Part shown: piece by piece, positions 19,291-27,870 of the stretch
Position numbering within the stretch: position 1 is the stretch's first letter
How the letters are laid out: each line of letters starts with the position of its first letter
Assembly (NCBI GenBank): GCA_001818235.1
Contig: MHJY01000010.1
Span: 17,609 to 81,608, forward strand
Length of the DNA: 64,000 bases
Source: Candidatus Jacksonbacteria bacterium RIFOXYB2_FULL_44_15
GTDB lineage: Bacteria; Patescibacteriota; Patescibacteriia; UBA9629
Reading direction: 5' to 3'
Program-made: the position numbers and the translations under genes
The notes under the pieces: generated by a model
The model's database searches: none
Told to the model about the DNA's origin: nothing
Seen by the model: the letters and a program-made list of their open reading frames with translations, nothing else

Positions 19291-20781
19291 TTAAGCAATG
19301 CCCAAAACTTGGCGCACCACTGCCCGATCATCCCATGGCACCAAACATTCCCTCACTGCCATCACCTCTTCACAACCCTTGCCGGTTAAAACAATCACCT
19401 CTTTCGGTTTGGCCAAGGCAACCGCTTTTTCGATCGCCTTGCGCCGGTCTAAAATTTTCCAATAGTTTTGATTTATCTGACGATTCAAATCACTTTTGAC
19501 GCCCACTTCCACTTGGTTCATGATTTCCGCTGGGTCATCATCATAAGGATCCTCGTTAGTGATAATTACATATTTGGCATACTTCGCCGCCAAGCTCCCT
19601 AATTTCGGCCGCTTAGCTTTATCCCGGCCGCCACCGACTGCCCCTAGTACGGCAATGATTGATGAGTGCGGTTCTGGATGTTTGCCCGAACTAGGCCGAG
19701 CTTCGGGTGAGCAAAGCGAACCCCGACTGAGCGAAGCGAAGGAGTTTGAGGCCAGTGAGGGTAAATATCCAGAACCACGCACCGATAAAATCGTTTCGTA
19801 TACCTTCTCCAAAGCCGCCGGATCATGGGCGTAATCAACTATAACTGTTATATCGCGCTTAGAATCATAAATCACCTCCATTCGACCAGGCACTCCAACC
19901 ATTTTTTCCAAGGCCTGCTGGATTATTTTGATTTCAACTCCCTGCAATAACCCGACCGCGATTGCCGCTAAACAATTATAAATATTAAACTCGCCCAACA
20001 AATTTGTTTTAAAATGATATTTTTGATTCTCATACTCCAAATCAAATTCTGACCCTTGCGCCAGCAACTTACAGTCCGTCGCTATAATTTTTTTGAAATT
20101 TGATATTTGATTTTTGAAATTTTTTTCGGATTTCGGATTTCGGATTTCGGATTTTACCCCGTATCCCCACTTCTCATCCGCCTCAAACTTAACGAAGTAT
20201 TCCGCCTGCTCATCATCCAGATTCACGACGCTGACCTTTTTAGCGTCATTGCGAGGAGCAAAGTGACGAAGCAATCTTGAGTATAATTCTTGACCTTTGA
20301 GCGCCGCAAATAACCGCCCTTTTGCCTCTTTGTATTTTTCGAAAGACCCGTGGGATTCGATATGCTCTGGGGTGAGATTTGTAAAAACAACTGTTTGATA
20401 ATTTATGCCCCAATGGCGGTATTGTTTAATGCCTTCAGAAGTTGTTTCGATCACCGCGTACTGACAGCCAGCTTTGACCATTTCTCTCAGCAACTTTTGC
20501 AACCGAAACCGGCCTTGCATACCTTGTTTTGTGCGGTTGATCCATGATTTATCAGCAATTTTAAAATTGATTGAGGTAGTTAAACCAACCTTGTTGCCGG
20601 CCTCAGTCAAAATTTCCCAAATAAGGTTACAAGTCGTTGTCTTGCCGTTAGTACCGGTCACGCCGATTACTTTTAGCCGCCGGCTCGGAAAACCATAAAA
20701 TACATTCGCCAACACAGCCAAGGTTTTATGATAAAGCAAGATGATTGATTCGGGAACAAATTTTCGAAGTAATTTTTTCAT
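19291..20781 (-). CDS. murE: UDP-MurNAc-tripeptide synthetase carrying in-frame repeat insertions
   Basis: GVTGTNGKTTT, FTNLTPEHIESH, GVPGRME, DYAH, GGRDKAKRP, NEDPYDD, GKG. Confidence 0.9.
   Translation of the reverse strand: MKKLLRKFVPESIILLYHKTLAVLANVFYGFPSRRLKVIGVTGTNGKTTTCNLIWEILTEAGNKVGLTTSINFKIADKSWINRTKQGMQGRFRLQKLLREMVKAGCQYAVIETTSEGIKQYRHWGINYQTVVFTNLTPEHIESHGSFEKYKEAKGRLFAALKGQELYSRLLRHFAPRNDAKKVSVVNLDDEQAEYFVKFEADEKWGYGVKSEIRNPKSEKNFKNQISNFKKIIATDCKLLAQGSEFDLEYENQKYHFKTNLLGEFNIYNCLAAIAVGLLQGVEIKIIQQALEKMVGVPGRMEVIYDSKRDITVIVDYAHDPAALEKVYETILSVRGSGYLPSLASNSFASLSRGSLCSPEARPSSGKHPEPHSSIIAVLGAVGGGRDKAKRPKLGSLAAKYAKYVIITNEDPYDDDPAEIMNQVEVGVKSDLNRQINQNYWKILDRRKAIEKAVALAKPKEVIVLTGKGCEEVMAVRECLVPWDDRAVVRQVLGIA
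19670..19776. repeat. Palindromic element inserted in frame in murE
   Basis: Terminal inverted repeat GGTTCTGGAT/ATCCAGAACC; core shared with the intergenic copy at 39749-39846. Confidence 0.75.
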
Positions 20782-20802
20782 GAACAGAACCTGCCCGAAA
20801 TT

Positions 20803-20828
20803 TGTCATTCCGAGCTTGTCGAGGAATC
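20803..20828. repeat. REP-like half element
   Basis: TGTCATTCCGAGCTTGTCGAGGAATC. Confidence 0.75.
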
Positions 20829-20835
20829 GCTTTTC

Positions 20836-21753
20836 TCAGTCCTTGAGGCAACGGACTGAAACGCCGTATAACTTATCCTCGCGCCTTCGGGCAACTGTAT
20901 AACCACCTTCGTCCAAACTTCGTATCCAGGCAGATGTCCCTCTCTCTGAAGACGACCAGAAAGAGGCGTGCATACCGCCAAAGGGGCCATTAGTGCCCCG
21001 GACGCCAGGCAACAAGGCATTAAACCCAGAGCCGCCGCCCAATTTTAACTTAAAGCCTTCGTCAGTGCCACCTCCGCCTGTGCCAATGCTATTATCCCCA
21101 TACGTATACGGAAAAGAAAGAGCGCACAAAGCGGTGTATTCATCATGAGTGGGAATATGCCAGCCAGACGGACACAGGCATTCTGGGTAACTGTTATATG
21201 CACTGGCCACAATCCATCGATGTCGTCCGTCATCTGCACTGCAATTGCTATCTATTTCAAAACAATATTTGTCTATAATTTTACTATTAATCTTGTTTAC
21301 GCAGACCGCCCGTTCCAAAGTGGTGTATTCATCATGGGTGGGAATATGCCAGCCAGACGGGCACAGTCCTTGTGCTCCTGGCGTAGTGGAATAAGCCATG
21401 GCCTCGTCCCATTGATATAATCCGCCCCCTTCATCACAGTAACTATCTTTGTTTAAATAACAGTATTTTTCTATAATGCCATTATTAGTCTGGTCTACGG
21501 CGCCGGCTATTTTAGCGCCAATGTTTAAATTTTCGGCAAACCAACATTGAGTACCAATGTAGACAGTGGCGTAGCTTTGGCCGCCATATTCAATCGAATC
21601 CCCACACGCCCATAAAGGTGGATAGTCAATTTGGTCTGAAGACGAGTTGTTAATTTTGTTCAAAATAAAAACTGCGCCGACAGCGATCATCAATACCAAG
21701 ATAAATGCGATTAACGATCTTTTTGTAAAAGAGAAAAAATTATATTTAGGCAT
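20836..21753 (-). CDS. FISUMP (Fib_succ_major, C-type lectin-like fold) surface protein with internal duplication
   Basis: N-terminal TM; Y.TV.IGTQCWFAENL, GGLYQW, CPSGWHIPT (twice), FWSSS, SVRCLKD. Confidence 0.88.
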   Translation of the reverse strand: MPKYNFFSFTKRSLIAFILVLMIAVGAVFILNKINNSSSDQIDYPPLWACGDSIEYGGQSYATVYIGTQCWFAENLNIGAKIAGAVDQTNNGIIEKYCYLNKDSYCDEGGGLYQWDEAMAYSTTPGAQGLCPSGWHIPTHDEYTTLERAVCVNKINSKIIDKYCFEIDSNCSADDGRHRWIVASAYNSYPECLCPSGWHIPTHDEYTALCALSFPYTYGDNSIGTGGGGTDEGFKLKLGGGSGFNALLPGVRGTNGPFGGMHASFWSSSERGTSAWIRSLDEGGYTVARRREDKLYGVSVRCLKD

Positions 21754-22008
21754 AATGCTATAGTAATGAGATAATTTTCAAACCGTTTGAAAATTTATTC
21801 ATTTAGTATTTAAAATTCGTAAATTTAAAATTAAAACCATAACTTGGCGCCTATTTGCTGTTCTTTCTTTTCATTAATCCCAGTGTAACATTGACTATCT
21901 AAATTATCAATAAAGGATCAACAAAAAAAGCCATTAAAAATTTTTGTTGTCTGGGCGATTAACAAAAAAATTTAATGGCTGTCATTTCGTTATTTAATTT
22001 AGCAACTA

Positions 22009-22236
22009 CTACTTTTCGGTTCCGGCGATGAGGTTAGAAATGTGCTCGCGTACGATCGCCAGCATCTCTGGATCATTATCAACAAATTCACTGACGACCT
22101 TTGCCATGGCTAATGGCTTAGGATCTTCCAAATATTTTGGCCCCTCGATTGATATTGCTTCCACTGCAATTGTAATCTCAGCCGACATAACTTGATCGCC
22201 ATCAAGATATTTTATTGAAATTATTTTAAATACCAC
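22009..22236 (-). CDS. Small hypothetical protein
   Basis: GTG start preceded by AAGGAGGG; downstream inverted repeat around 21929-21980. Confidence 0.55.
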   Translation of the reverse strand: MVFKIISIKYLDGDQVMSAEITIAVEAISIEGPKYLEDPKPLAMAKVVSEFVDNDPEMLAIVREHISNLIAGTEK

Positions 22237-22308
22237 ACAACATCCCTCCTTTTCTCAAAAACTTTCGCCCAGTAGACGTATACTAACATTTTCCTGTCTT
22301 TTGTCAAA

Positions 22309-23361
22309 TCAACTCGCCATCTCTATCAATTTATCCAAAAGTTGTGTAAATGACATCCCGCTAGCCGCCGCAGCTTTGGGAAAAAGACTGGCGCTGGTGA
22401 GGCCGGGTATGGTATTAACCTCCAAAACATAAAGCTCGCCAGCTTCTGTCAGAATCATATCTACGCGCGAAAAATGGCGACACTGCAGGGCGTTATGGGC
22501 GCGCAAAGCTAATTGCTGGGCTTGTTTAAATGATTTTGCTGGAATTGGCGCTGGCACGATTTCATCAACCAAATCTGGCGCGTACTTAACTTCGTAGTTA
22601 AACCAGTCACCGGCGCGTTTAGGCCGAATCTCAATCACCGGCAAGGCTTGATCGCCTAAAACCGGCACTGTTAGCTCCCGGCCTTTGATAAATTTCTCGA
22701 CAATAACTTCGCCTTTATTATCCGTGGCGATCGCCAGTTTTATTGCAGATGGTAATTCTGATTTATTTTTGACAATGGTAACGCCGACGCTGGAACCCAA
22801 ATTCACCGGCTTAACCACGCACGGGATTTTAATTTTGTTTATAATTTGATTTGAGTTTTCTTGGTTTACCGCCCAAGATTCTGGGGTGGGAATGTTCTCT
22901 GCTTTAAAAACTTTTTTCGCCATCACTTTATCCATCGCCAAAGCCGAGGACAGGGTGTCTGATCCGACAAACGGCACACCCCACAATTCCAAAAACCCCT
23001 GAACTGTGCCGTCTTCGCCAAAAGGCCCGTGCAACACCGGAAAAACCACGCCTATTTGGCTTATAGAACTCTTATTTTTTGACAATTGACCTTCACTCCC
23101 GCGCAAAGCAGTCAAACTTTTACTGATATCAAAAGCCGCCTTCGTCTTGCTGTCCAGCATTTGCGGTTTAAGGCCGCCGGAGTTGATCAAATATTTGGTT
23201 GACTCCCCGGTTGAAAGCCAGCGTCCGGTTTTATCAATCGCCACCGCAATAACGTTATATTTGTTTCGGTCTAAATGGGCAATCACCGAGGCCGCGGAAT
23301 TAATCGAGACATCATGCTCCCCGCTTTTCCCGCCGAATAAAATCAAAATATTTTTTTTCAT
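22309..23361 (-). CDS. ddl: D-alanine--D-alanine ligase
   Basis: GGKSGEHDVS, LHGPFGEDG, GSSVG, EVNTIPG. Confidence 0.96.
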   Translation of the reverse strand: MKKNILILFGGKSGEHDVSINSAASVIAHLDRNKYNVIAVAIDKTGRWLSTGESTKYLINSGGLKPQMLDSKTKAAFDISKSLTALRGSEGQLSKNKSSISQIGVVFPVLHGPFGEDGTVQGFLELWGVPFVGSDTLSSALAMDKVMAKKVFKAENIPTPESWAVNQENSNQIINKIKIPCVVKPVNLGSSVGVTIVKNKSELPSAIKLAIATDNKGEVIVEKFIKGRELTVPVLGDQALPVIEIRPKRAGDWFNYEVKYAPDLVDEIVPAPIPAKSFKQAQQLALRAHNALQCRHFSRVDMILTEAGELYVLEVNTIPGLTSASLFPKAAAASGMSFTQLLDKLIEMAS

Positions 23362-23648
23362 AAGCTTCCTGATTTTTTAATGAGCGAAAGTTGCAACCGC
23401 GTATCCAATGCTTCCGCGATTTTATGCAAAAAAGCTAGGCTGGGATTATAGGTTCCACTCTCAAGCCGAGAAATGGCAGATTGTCTCGTGCCAACTTTTT
23501 CCGCAATCTCCTTTTGCGTTAAACCTTTCTCCAAGCGCTTTTGAATGAGCGTATTAATCAAAGCAAACTCCGGTTCTAACGCATCATAAGCATTTTTAAT
23601 TTTTTTATCTTTCAATAATTTACTTTTTAATTGACGATAGGTTTTCAT
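23358..23648 (-). CDS. XRE/HigA-type HTH antitoxin
   Basis: GLTQKEIAEKVGTRQSAISRLESG..NPSL. Confidence 0.85.
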   Translation of the reverse strand: MKTYRQLKSKLLKDKKIKNAYDALEPEFALINTLIQKRLEKGLTQKEIAEKVGTRQSAISRLESGTYNPSLAFLHKIAEALDTRLQLSLIKKSGSL

Positions 23649-23654
23649 GATGGC

Positions 23655-23684
23655 AGTATAACGTATATGTTATATTATGTCAAT
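23655..23684 (-). promoter_or_regulatory. Leaderless promoter with palindromic operator for the antitoxin
   Basis: TTGACA-17 nt-TATACT, 6 nt before ATG; TATAAC-gtatat-GTTATA palindrome overlaps it. Confidence 0.7.
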
Positions 23685-23689
23685 TATCT

Positions 23690-23815
23690 TCATATTTTAA
23701 TTAAGCATTGCAATTTTTGTTTAGCGACACGGAGTTCTTTTTGCAATATCTTTTGTGTTTTTTTGATAAAACCGTGTAAGAGCACAATCTTTATATCCAT
23801 AAAAACGATGCAGTC
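23690..23815 (-). pseudogene. C-terminal remnant of a RelE/HigB (Gp49-like) toxin
   Basis: Translates as DCIVFMDIKIVLLHGFIKKTQKILQKELRVAKQK; the N-terminal part is missing and the alr stop lies immediately upstream. Confidence 0.75.
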
Positions 23816-23819
23816 TCAT

Positions 23820-24947
23820 TTAAACTAAAACTCGTGGAATCAACGGATTAATTCGCGTGACGATTTCGTAATTTATGCTGTCAATTTTAGCGGCCATTTC
23901 TTCCGCTGTTATCTGCTCCCCGCCACTCCTGCCAATCAACACCACTTCATCGCCGACTACGGCGTCCAAAGCTTTTGAGGCGTCGACCACTGTTTGATTC
24001 ATGCAAACCCGGCCAACAATCGGCAACCGCTGGCCGCGTACCAAAACCTCGCCTATATTGGAAAGCCCCCGATCCAAACCGTCCCAATAGCCAACCGGAA
24101 TAACCGCTAAGCGCATCGGACGAGGCGTTACAAAAGTGCAGTTATAACTCACGCCAACATTAGCCGGGACATCTTTGACCTGAACGATTTTTGTCTTCCA
24201 CTCAAGTGCTGGCTTGAGACTAAAATCAGAACAGCGTTTGCCTATCAAATCACGGCTCCACAGCGACGGATAAAAACCGTAAAGACCCAATCCCAGCCGC
24301 AGACTATTCCCGGGCAAACCGCCAAACAAAGCGCCGGGCGTATTGCCAAGATGTAAATATGGTATTTTGATCTTCTCAGTCTCCAACCACGTTACCAACT
24401 TCGCAAAATTCTCTATCTGCAATCGAGTATAGTCGGCATCACTGTCGCCAGAGGCCAAGTGACTGTATAAACCCTGCACCATTAAAAATTTTGACTTCTG
24501 CGCTGATTTGATAAACTCGGCCGCGTCTTCCATTCGTACGCCGAAACGCGACATGCCAGTATCAATTTTAAGGTGAATTTTAAAAATTTGCTGATACTTA
24601 GATCCTAGATCATTTAAAATTTTTAGCAAGCTGATCTCGTTGACCGCTATCTCAATATTTTGCGCGGCTACTTTAATCAGTTGATCGGCATCAGCGCGAT
24701 CATAATTCCCTAAAACCAGTATTGGCTTCTTGATCAACCGCGCGCGCAACTTCAGCGCTTCTTCAATAGACGCCACTGCCAAATAATCAACTTTCTCTTG
24801 GATAATTGAGGCCACTTCGGCCATGCCATGGCCATAAGCGTTGCTCTTAACTACGCCCAATAGAAAAAAATCAGGAGATATAATCCTCCGAAACTGCTCT
24901 AAATTATGCTTGATACTATCTCGCGAAATCTCGACTTTAGTTAACAT
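23820..24947 (-). CDS. alr: Alanine racemase
   Basis: VVKSNAYGHG, HLKIDTGMSRFG, GYWDG, VGRVCMNQ. Confidence 0.96.
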   Translation of the reverse strand: MLTKVEISRDSIKHNLEQFRRIISPDFFLLGVVKSNAYGHGMAEVASIIQEKVDYLAVASIEEALKLRARLIKKPILVLGNYDRADADQLIKVAAQNIEIAVNEISLLKILNDLGSKYQQIFKIHLKIDTGMSRFGVRMEDAAEFIKSAQKSKFLMVQGLYSHLASGDSDADYTRLQIENFAKLVTWLETEKIKIPYLHLGNTPGALFGGLPGNSLRLGLGLYGFYPSLWSRDLIGKRCSDFSLKPALEWKTKIVQVKDVPANVGVSYNCTFVTPRPMRLAVIPVGYWDGLDRGLSNIGEVLVRGQRLPIVGRVCMNQTVVDASKALDAVVGDEVVLIGRSGGEQITAEEMAAKIDSINYEIVTRINPLIPRVLV

Positions 24948-24951
24948 AAAT

Positions 24952-24978
24952 TGTCATCCCGAGCTTGTCGAGGGACCC
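24952..24978. repeat. REP-like half element
   Basis: TGTCATCCCGAGCTTGTCGAGGGACCC. Confidence 0.7.
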
Positions 24979-25003
24979 CTTTCCTCATTAAGAGCTTCAC
25001 CCT

Positions 25004-27757
25004 CTACAACTCCGGCGCCTTTTCGATTCTGATTTCGCCGCCGGCCTCCAAATATACCACGTCGCGCCGGCCAACAGCGCCCGAAATCAAGAATGCCGCC
25101 AGCGCGTTTTGAACGTGATCCTGGATCGCCCGTCGCAACGGCCGTGCGCCGTACAGCGGATCAAAGCCCAAGTGCGCCAGTTCCTGCACCGCCTGAGGCG
25201 TGACTTTAAATGTGATGCCTTTCAGCTCGAGCCTTTTTGCGATGTCGATTAAAATCAAATTGGCGATCTGCTCAATGTCCGCGATCGACAATGGTTTAAA
25301 AATAATAATATCATCAAAACGATTAAGGAACTCCGGTTTAAAATATTCCAATAAATCTTGCTTAATAAATTCCTCGCGAATTTCTTCGAGTTTGGCGCCC
25401 TGCTGTAATTTCTCCTGTAACTTTTTAGTCCCGGCATTACTGGTCGCCACAATAATCAAATTAGTAAAATCAATCACTTCGCCCTCGGCTGAGGTCATTC
25501 GGCCATCGTCCATCACCTGCAAAAACAGGTTGAGAATATTTTTATGAGCCTTCTCCAATTCATCAAGCAATAAGATGCAATAAGGGCTGTTGCGCACCGG
25601 CTCGGTTAATAGTCCGGGTTCGTGCGCCGTTCCCAACAGTCGTTGAATACTGCTCATTTCTTGAAATTCCGACATATCTATCCGGATCATATTTTTTTCC
25701 GAACCGAAATAGATCTCCGCGATCCGCTTGGCTAGTTCGGTTTTACCGACGCCAGTCGGCCCGACGAACAAAAAATTAGCGATCGGCCGCCGTTCATCGC
25801 GCAGTTCAGCGCGAGCGCGCCGCAAAGCCGCGGAAACTTGTGAGACAGCGTAATCTTGATCAATATATTCAGCGTGGATTTCGGCCTCCAGATTCATCAA
25901 TTTTACGCTTTCCTCCTGCTCAATCTTTGCCAGCGGCATGTTGATCTTGCGCGATACAATCTTAGCAACGTCTGTTTCGGTAACCACGGTTTTAGGCCCG
26001 CGCTCAGAGGCGACTTGGGCCGCAACTTCCTGCAAGATTTTGAGCGATTTCTCCGGTTGATTTTCGGTATGGATTAATTTATTGGAAAGCTCAACCGCTT
26101 TTTCCAATGCTTGATAAGCAAAAAATACATTGTGTTTGCCCTCGATAAACGGCACGCGAGCTTCCAACATTAAAACAGTGTCTTCAAAATTCGGCTCAGG
26201 AACATCGATTCTGGCTAAAATCTGCCCCAAAGCCGAACGCTCAACATATTTGGTGTAACTTTTATAATCCGCGGTGCCAATCACCAAAAACCTACCGCCT
26301 TCTAATATTTGCACCAAAACCTGATCAATGCCCATGGTTTCAGTTCCGCTTTCCGCTCGCAGTCCCACGCCAACCAAATTTTGAATATCTTTAATAAATA
26401 GTACGATGTTGCCGGAATGAGCGGTCTCATACAAAGCTTGATACAAACGCTCTGAGGCACGTGCCGGGTCACCGCCGGCCAGCAGACTGGCCACGCTCAG
26501 CGATACTAAACGCTTATCCTGCAAAATCTCCGGTACCATTTCCGCCGCCATCTGTTGCGCCAATTCCTCCACCATGCTGGATTTCCCGACTCCAGGCCGA
26601 CCCACCAGTACGATACCATGCGCCCCGCCTTGAAAAACAGTGTAAATTTGCTCCATTTCGCGTTCATGGCCAAGCGACGGTGGCAAAGCGCCCTGGCGCG
26701 CCAAAGAAGTTATATCTCGGCTAAAGGCATTTAAATACCTGGTCTGGACAGCGGTCATCGCCCGGTTCATTCCGTATTTTGACTTAAACTGCGAAAGACC
26801 GCGCCGATGCGACTGCTTAGTGCGCAAATTTTCCTCCAGTTCGATCCAAAGTACCAGATGGCGCAATTTATAAGCTTCAATGTCCAAATCGTACAAAATT
26901 TCCCGCGCATAACCACCGACTTCAGCCAATGGTATCCATAAATCCGTCAGTTTAACCTTAGCGTTGCCGCCGCGATTATAAACTTCCCAATACGCCTGCA
27001 ATAAAATCTTTTGCAAAGCCGCTGAAAAAGAAATTTCGTGTTTTACTCCGGAGTGCATTTCCGCAAACATGCAACCTTCCAAACCACGTTTAATTTTACC
27101 GACTAATACTCCAGCGTTAATTCCCAATCGCCAAAGAATTATTTTTGATGTTGTCTGCGGCAGTAAGGTCGCCAGCAAATGCAATGGATTTACTTCGTGA
27201 TACTGATTATTGTAAGCTAAAAAAAACGTCTCTTCCAAAATATTTCGCGTTAAATGATTAAATGTTTCGGTAATGTCTATTAACCTCGGCTTCTCCCCGC
27301 CGGGTTTAGGAAAACGAGCGTACTCTTTTTTGATTACGTACTCCTCCAATTCTTCCTGGCGCGCAAAACGATAAATTAAATATAAGTCTGATAAAAAAGT
27401 GAATAGAAATAACCGCAGATAAATATTGTTGATGAGCCAAAAATCTTTCGCCAAAAAACCAAGCGGCAAACTAACCTTCAATGCAATAACCCTTTGATAA
27501 ATGTAAAAAGCCAGCAGTAAAATACCAAGACCGGCAATGCAGTAAAGCGTAAAGTTAATGACAAAATCTAATTTTAAAAGCGACCGCCTCTTGGTAATTT
27601 CCCAGGGAGTCAGTTTATTAAAATCAAAAAAGAAAGTCTTTTGGCCGATTTTGAGGTAAACTGGGGCTTTCCCGGTCTGAGAACACTCTGGGCACGGAGC
27701 GCTACCAACAAAACCAGCTCCTTGACATTGTGGACAAACTACGAACAATTCCTCCAT
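25004..27757 (-). CDS. ClpA/B/C-family AAA+ chaperone with N-terminal Zn finger and two TM helices
   Basis: CPQCQGAG..CPEC, hydrophobic helices, GRPGVGKS, GPTGVGKTELAK, RIDMSEF, LLDELEKAH, GARPLRR. Confidence 0.9.
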   Translation of the reverse strand: MEELFVVCPQCQGAGFVGSAPCPECSQTGKAPVYLKIGQKTFFFDFNKLTPWEITKRRSLLKLDFVINFTLYCIAGLGILLLAFYIYQRVIALKVSLPLGFLAKDFWLINNIYLRLFLFTFLSDLYLIYRFARQEELEEYVIKKEYARFPKPGGEKPRLIDITETFNHLTRNILEETFFLAYNNQYHEVNPLHLLATLLPQTTSKIILWRLGINAGVLVGKIKRGLEGCMFAEMHSGVKHEISFSAALQKILLQAYWEVYNRGGNAKVKLTDLWIPLAEVGGYAREILYDLDIEAYKLRHLVLWIELEENLRTKQSHRRGLSQFKSKYGMNRAMTAVQTRYLNAFSRDITSLARQGALPPSLGHEREMEQIYTVFQGGAHGIVLVGRPGVGKSSMVEELAQQMAAEMVPEILQDKRLVSLSVASLLAGGDPARASERLYQALYETAHSGNIVLFIKDIQNLVGVGLRAESGTETMGIDQVLVQILEGGRFLVIGTADYKSYTKYVERSALGQILARIDVPEPNFEDTVLMLEARVPFIEGKHNVFFAYQALEKAVELSNKLIHTENQPEKSLKILQEVAAQVASERGPKTVVTETDVAKIVSRKINMPLAKIEQEESVKLMNLEAEIHAEYIDQDYAVSQVSAALRRARAELRDERRPIANFLFVGPTGVGKTELAKRIAEIYFGSEKNMIRIDMSEFQEMSSIQRLLGTAHEPGLLTEPVRNSPYCILLLDELEKAHKNILNLFLQVMDDGRMTSAEGEVIDFTNLIIVATSNAGTKKLQEKLQQGAKLEEIREEFIKQDLLEYFKPEFLNRFDDIIIFKPLSIADIEQIANLILIDIAKRLELKGITFKVTPQAVQELAHLGFDPLYGARPLRRAIQDHVQNALAAFLISGAVGRRDVVYLEAGGEIRIEKAPEL

Positions 27758-27870
27758 AAATTATGATTTAATGATACTGCTTTTAATTTTTAGCGTCAAT
27801 TAAAAAAAGCGGGGTATTTGGATCCCCGCCCTCGAAACCTTATTTGTTTTTAATTTGATAATAAACAGCT

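Noticed and set aside
21127-21366. Near-identical repeat pair read as a DGR template/variable repeat
   Set aside because: Two of the three mismatches are synonymous C/T changes rather than adenine-specific, both copies are coding within one ORF, and no reverse transcriptase is in the window
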